Shown here one piece after another: positions 61,870 to 64,000 of a stretch of 64,000 bases of DNA (position 1 is its first letter; the number at the start of each line of letters is the position of its first letter). The DNA is from Planctomycetota bacterium (GTDB lineage Bacteria > Planctomycetota > UBA1135 > UBA2386), in the NCBI GenBank assembly GCA_020849665.1, contig JADLFX010000003.1, positions 13,896-77,895 on the forward strand, in the 5' to 3' direction. Below the pieces are notes generated by a model. The model searched no databases. It was not told the DNA's origin and saw nothing but the letters and a program-made list of their open reading frames with translations. A program made the translations under genes and the position numbers.

Positions 61870-64000
61870 ATGCTCGCGAATCTGCTGCTCGTGCTGTGGG
61901 CGACCTGTTCTCCGCTCTCCTCGCTGGCCGCCCCGGGAACGCCGGTTCCCGGAATCGCGGTCCAGGACCCGAAGCCCGCCGACGGCGAGCGGGCGCGGCT
62001 GGAGCGCCTGGGCGAGATCGCGCGGGCGCTGCAGGACCCCGCCTCGGATGCGGTGGCGCTCACCACCGAGGCGGTCCGTCTGGTCGGCTTCGTGCTCTGG
62101 AGCGAGGAGCGCAAAGTGCTCGCGGAACCGACCGGCGCCCCACGCCTCCACCTGGCGATCACGGACGCGGAGATCCGTGCCTACACGCGGATGTTCCGCG
62201 ACGGGCACACGGTGGCGCGCTCCGACCTGATCGGCGCGATGGACGTGTTGTTCCGGGGTCTGGGCGGCGAGGGGTCGGTCGAACGCTTCCTGCGCGACTG
62301 GATGAACGACGGTTTCAACTCCGGCAACCCGTCGGTGCGCGCGCTGACCGCGTTCGTCCAGGACCTGGGCTTCCATCGGGCCGGCGCCGAGGGCCGCATC
62401 GAGGGCGAAGCCGAGTGCGACCTCGACCCGCTCCAGGCGCTGCTCGTGCTGCGGGTGCTGACCGAGGACATGGGCACACCGCTGCGCCGGGCCATCGCGC
62501 GCGGCGAGATCGGTGCGCCCCCCAAGGAGGGTGGCAAGGAGGAGGAGGCCGAGGCGCCGCGCGGGCCCGCCGTGGCTGCGGGAGGTGCCTGGGCGCGCGC
62601 CGACGAGCCGCCAGGCTGGGGGGAGGATGCGTACGTCGGCGGGATCACCGGGCTCTTCGGCGAGGTGGTCGGCACGCTCGGCAAGCTGGGCAAGGGCATC
62701 TCCGACGGCGTCGGCAAGGCCAACGCCATCTCGACGATCGCCAAGTTCATCGCCACCTACACGTTCCTGAAGGGCGAGACGCGCGTCGAGGATCCCGGCC
62801 AGCCGCTGATCCGCACCAAGGACCGGGACCCTGGCGAGCAGCGCACCCTGGTGGCGCGCTTCTACATCGACGGCACGCGGGTCACCGACTGGATGAAGGA
62901 GCATCGCGTGCTGGTCGCCACCGCCGGGCTCGACATCGACATGCCGAAGACCGGGGCGCTCAAGGGTGTCGAGACCGAGTGGGACATCAAGCAGGACCGC
63001 CACTCCTCGAAGAGTCACCTGATCCAGACCGTGCGCGGCACGGGCGACATCTCGAAGATCAAGACCGATGCCAATGGCGAGGCGCGGATCCGCGTGGAGG
63101 GCACGCCCCAGCCCCGGAAGCTGGATCCCAACGCGGTGATGCCGCTGGACAAGTCGGTGCGCATCGTGGTGACGCCGCAGGTCAAGGCCACCGAGATGCA
63201 GCAGGACCTGGTCGATGCGGTCACCGGGGCGATCGGGATCAAGGGCGGGCCCCCCGGTTGGATCACGCCCGTGATCGAGTGCCTCTACCGGATGAAGTGG
63301 AAGGGCGGGCGTTGGTTCGACCTGCAGGTCCGGGACTGGCAGCCGGCGGAGACCATCGGCCAGGCGGAGATCACCGTGCGGGCCAGCGGCAGCTCGTTCT
63401 CCCGCAGGGGCGGCTACCGGATGACTCTCCAGCGCACCCTGAAGTTCAGCGACGTGCGGATGAACGTGTCCGGGTTCGAGATGCCGAAGATGCCCGACCC
63501 GGAGCTGCTCAAGCTGATGCCGCCGAACGTACGCAAGCAGATGGAGGAGGGCATGCGGCAGATGGCCGAGGCGGCGAAGAAGCGCATGTTCATGGGGCGC
63601 GGACCAGGGCTCGCCGAGCTGCACATCCACGATTCCGCGGCCGGATTCATGGAGGCGGACGGCTGCGACGACGGCAGCACCGAGACGCGGATCACTTGGG
63701 ACGGGGACGAGTCCATGGAGTGGACCGAGGAGGCCGCGGCGCTGCGTGGGGTGAACTTCATGATCGACGCGGACCTGGATCGGAAGGTCGCGGTGCTGCG
63801 CGTGAGGATGCTGGCCGACACCAGGGTCGTGACGACCACGCGGGGTTCCAAGGGCAAGTCCCAGACCCATGAGCAGAGGGAGCGGATGGAGGTGCTCTCC
63901 GGCCTGGAGCTCGAGCCGCCGTTCAACAAGAGCATCGAGATCCCCCTGAACGAGACCGAGATCCGCGACATGGGCGCGAGCAACTACTACGGCGTCGTGG
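61870..64000 (+). CDS. Large secreted hypothetical protein, 5' 710 codons only (runs off the right edge)
   Basis: Own translation from ATG 61870: MLANLLLVLWATCSPLSSLAAPGTPVPGIAVQDPKPADGERARLERLGEIARAL... The frame stays open to the last base. It is absent from the ORF track because there is no stop in the window. Its amino-acid composition is normal, unlike the Arg/Gly-rich track ORFs 61797..63872(+) and 61690..63870(-) that cover the same DNA. Confidence 0.7.
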   Translation, partial: MLANLLLVLWATCSPLSSLAAPGTPVPGIAVQDPKPADGERARLERLGEIARALQDPASDAVALTTEAVRLVGFVLWSEERKVLAEPTGAPRLHLAITDAEIRAYTRMFRDGHTVARSDLIGAMDVLFRGLGGEGSVERFLRDWMNDGFNSGNPSVRALTAFVQDLGFHRAGAEGRIEGEAECDLDPLQALLVLRVLTEDMGTPLRRAIARGEIGAPPKEGGKEEEAEAPRGPAVAAGGAWARADEPPGWGEDAYVGGITGLFGEVVGTLGKLGKGISDGVGKANAISTIAKFIATYTFLKGETRVEDPGQPLIRTKDRDPGEQRTLVARFYIDGTRVTDWMKEHRVLVATAGLDIDMPKTGALKGVETEWDIKQDRHSSKSHLIQTVRGTGDISKIKTDANGEARIRVEGTPQPRKLDPNAVMPLDKSVRIVVTPQVKATEMQQDLVDAVTGAIGIKGGPPGWITPVIECLYRMKWKGGRWFDLQVRDWQPAETIGQAEITVRASGSSFSRRGGYRMTLQRTLKFSDVRMNVSGFEMPKMPDPELLKLMPPNVRKQMEEGMRQMAEAAKKRMFMGRGPGLAELHIHDSAAGFMEADGCDDGSTETRITWDGDESMEWTEEAAALRGVNFMIDADLDRKVAVLRVRMLADTRVVTTTRGSKGKSQTHEQRERMEVLSGLELEPPFNKSIEIPLNETEIRDMGASNYYGVV

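Noticed and set aside
61690-63872. Track ORFs 61797..63872(+) and 61690..63870(-) as the genes of the right-edge region
   Set aside because: Both translations are Arg/Gly/His/Asp-rich nonsense. The third frame, starting at ATG 61870, gives a signal peptide and normal composition and stays open to the window end.

Overview
This is a very GC-rich bacterial chromosomal segment (GC not computed; third codon positions are almost all G/C). Most long ORFs in the track are therefore off-frame or antisense artefacts. I kept only frames whose translations show recognisable family motifs or sensible signal-peptide or membrane architecture, about 50 genes in all.

Content from left to right:
- An orphan sugar-type ABC permease and binding-protein operon. 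The binding protein looks circularly permuted.
- tRNA-Asp(GUC).
- A translationally coupled six-gene Hyf/complex-I-like membrane module. Its hydrogenase large subunit lacks the [NiFe] cysteine ligands (Ehr-type). RNase D follows.
- An ECF sigma factor paired with a Ser/Thr kinase, next to a large secreted BNR protein.
- An exported tandem thioredoxin-fold protein that needs two in-frame UGA (selenocysteine) codons to be read as one gene.
- Two glycosyltransferases and a CotH-LTD protein.
- A CorE-like Cys-rich ECF sigma factor with a Cys-rich membrane protein.
- ppk1, pilT, an M24 peptidase operon and a sugar nucleotidyltransferase.
- A NuoEF-fused, selenocysteine-containing NAD-type formate dehydrogenase with a Mop/TOBE protein.
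- An FAD monooxygenase, a secreted beta-helix protein and a bactofilin.
- A polysaccharide locus of about 15 kb that depends on a Wzm/Wzt ABC transporter. It has inverted paralogous GT pairs, a coiled-coil plus methyltransferase pair, and a Wzt with a very long C-terminal extension.
- Secreted hypothetical proteins at the right edge, one of them absent from the ORF track.

I found no CRISPR array, rRNA, transposase or integrase. The signals most worth a second look are the three UGA-Sec recoding sites (two in one thioredoxin-fold fusion), the ligand-less Ehr module, and the permuted binding protein.
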